IMG/VR virus record: IMGVR_UViG_3300035703_000094
Location: 1-62,646 of that record
Source: a virus
Taxonomy: Duplodnaviria > Caudoviricetes
Direction: 5' to 3' (one strand)
Length of the DNA stretch: 62,646 bases
Both the position numbers and the translations under genes were made by a program. Below the pieces are notes generated by a model. It saw only the letters and a program-made list of their open reading frames with translations. It was not told the origin of the DNA and searched no databases. Positions 62,475-62,646 of this stretch are shown here, piece by piece. Position 1 is the stretch's first letter. Every line of letters starts with the position of its first letter.

Positions 62475-62646
62475 ATGAAACGGTCGGAGATGATTGAACG
62501 CCTAGCATGCTTTCTCAGCGAAGAGCAGGGATGCCGAAAAGTCAGCTCATACGCAGAGATGATTATTGAGTTTCTCGAAGGAGAAGGAATGCAGCCGCCC
62601 AAAGTTGAAAAATGGGAAGAAATTTCTGGAACTTTCTTAGGGGAAG
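62475..62646 (+). CDS. MKRSEM-family protein B, 5' part (continues across the junction to 146)
   Basis: MKRSEMIERL...FLEGEGMQPP; an in-frame ATG at 62424 would add 17 aa. Confidence 0.85.
   Translation, partial: MKRSEMIERLACFLSEEQGCRKVSSYAEMIIEFLEGEGMQPPKVEKWEEISGTFLGE
62557..62646. repeat. Terminal direct repeat, copy 2
   Basis: Identical to bases 1-90. Confidence 0.95.

Noticed and set aside
1-62646. tRNA genes, integrase or repressor, stop-codon reassignment, introns or inteins
   Set aside because: No cloverleaf or recombinase motifs seen; genes tile densely under the standard code, and polA, nrdJ and terL are uninterrupted. tRNAscan and HMM searches are still advisable.

Overview
The window is an apparently complete, circularly assembled dsDNA tailed-phage genome of about 62,556 bp (bases 1-90 are repeated at 62557-62646). 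It is podovirus-like: portal, scaffold, capsid, adaptor, nozzle, ejection proteins and fibres are present, with no recognisable tape measure or sheath. The plus-strand arm (about 50.7 kb, across the junction, to 9.5 kb) carries early and replication genes: GP88-like, DUF932-like, RlpA-like, a metzincin-like lipoprotein, a signal-peptide ClpP, a Cas4-like exonuclease, a dATP/dGTP diphosphohydrolase, dUTPase, a family A DNA polymerase (Leu at the 762-equivalent position), a RuvC-like resolvase and a DinG-like helicase. The minus-strand arm (about 50.0 to 9.5 kb) carries morphogenesis genes plus a class II ribonucleotide reductase. No integrase, repressor, primase, DnaB-type helicase, reverse transcriptase, tRNA or CRISPR array was recognised. 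Most notable: (1) a type III hammerhead ribozyme at the end of a roughly 320-nt structured leader, whose stem III overlaps the Shine-Dalgarno of the first early gene, downstream of a sigma28/FliA-like promoter; (2) five tandem MKRSEM mini-proteins with three fixed anchors and two hypervariable segments; (3) an endolysin gene lying antisense inside the replication arm and sharing a palindromic two-way ribosome-binding site; (4) a consensus antisense promoter firing into a palindromic repeat tract (candidate transcript-primed origin); (5) apparent absence of GATC. All functional calls come from motif reading by eye; no database searches were run.
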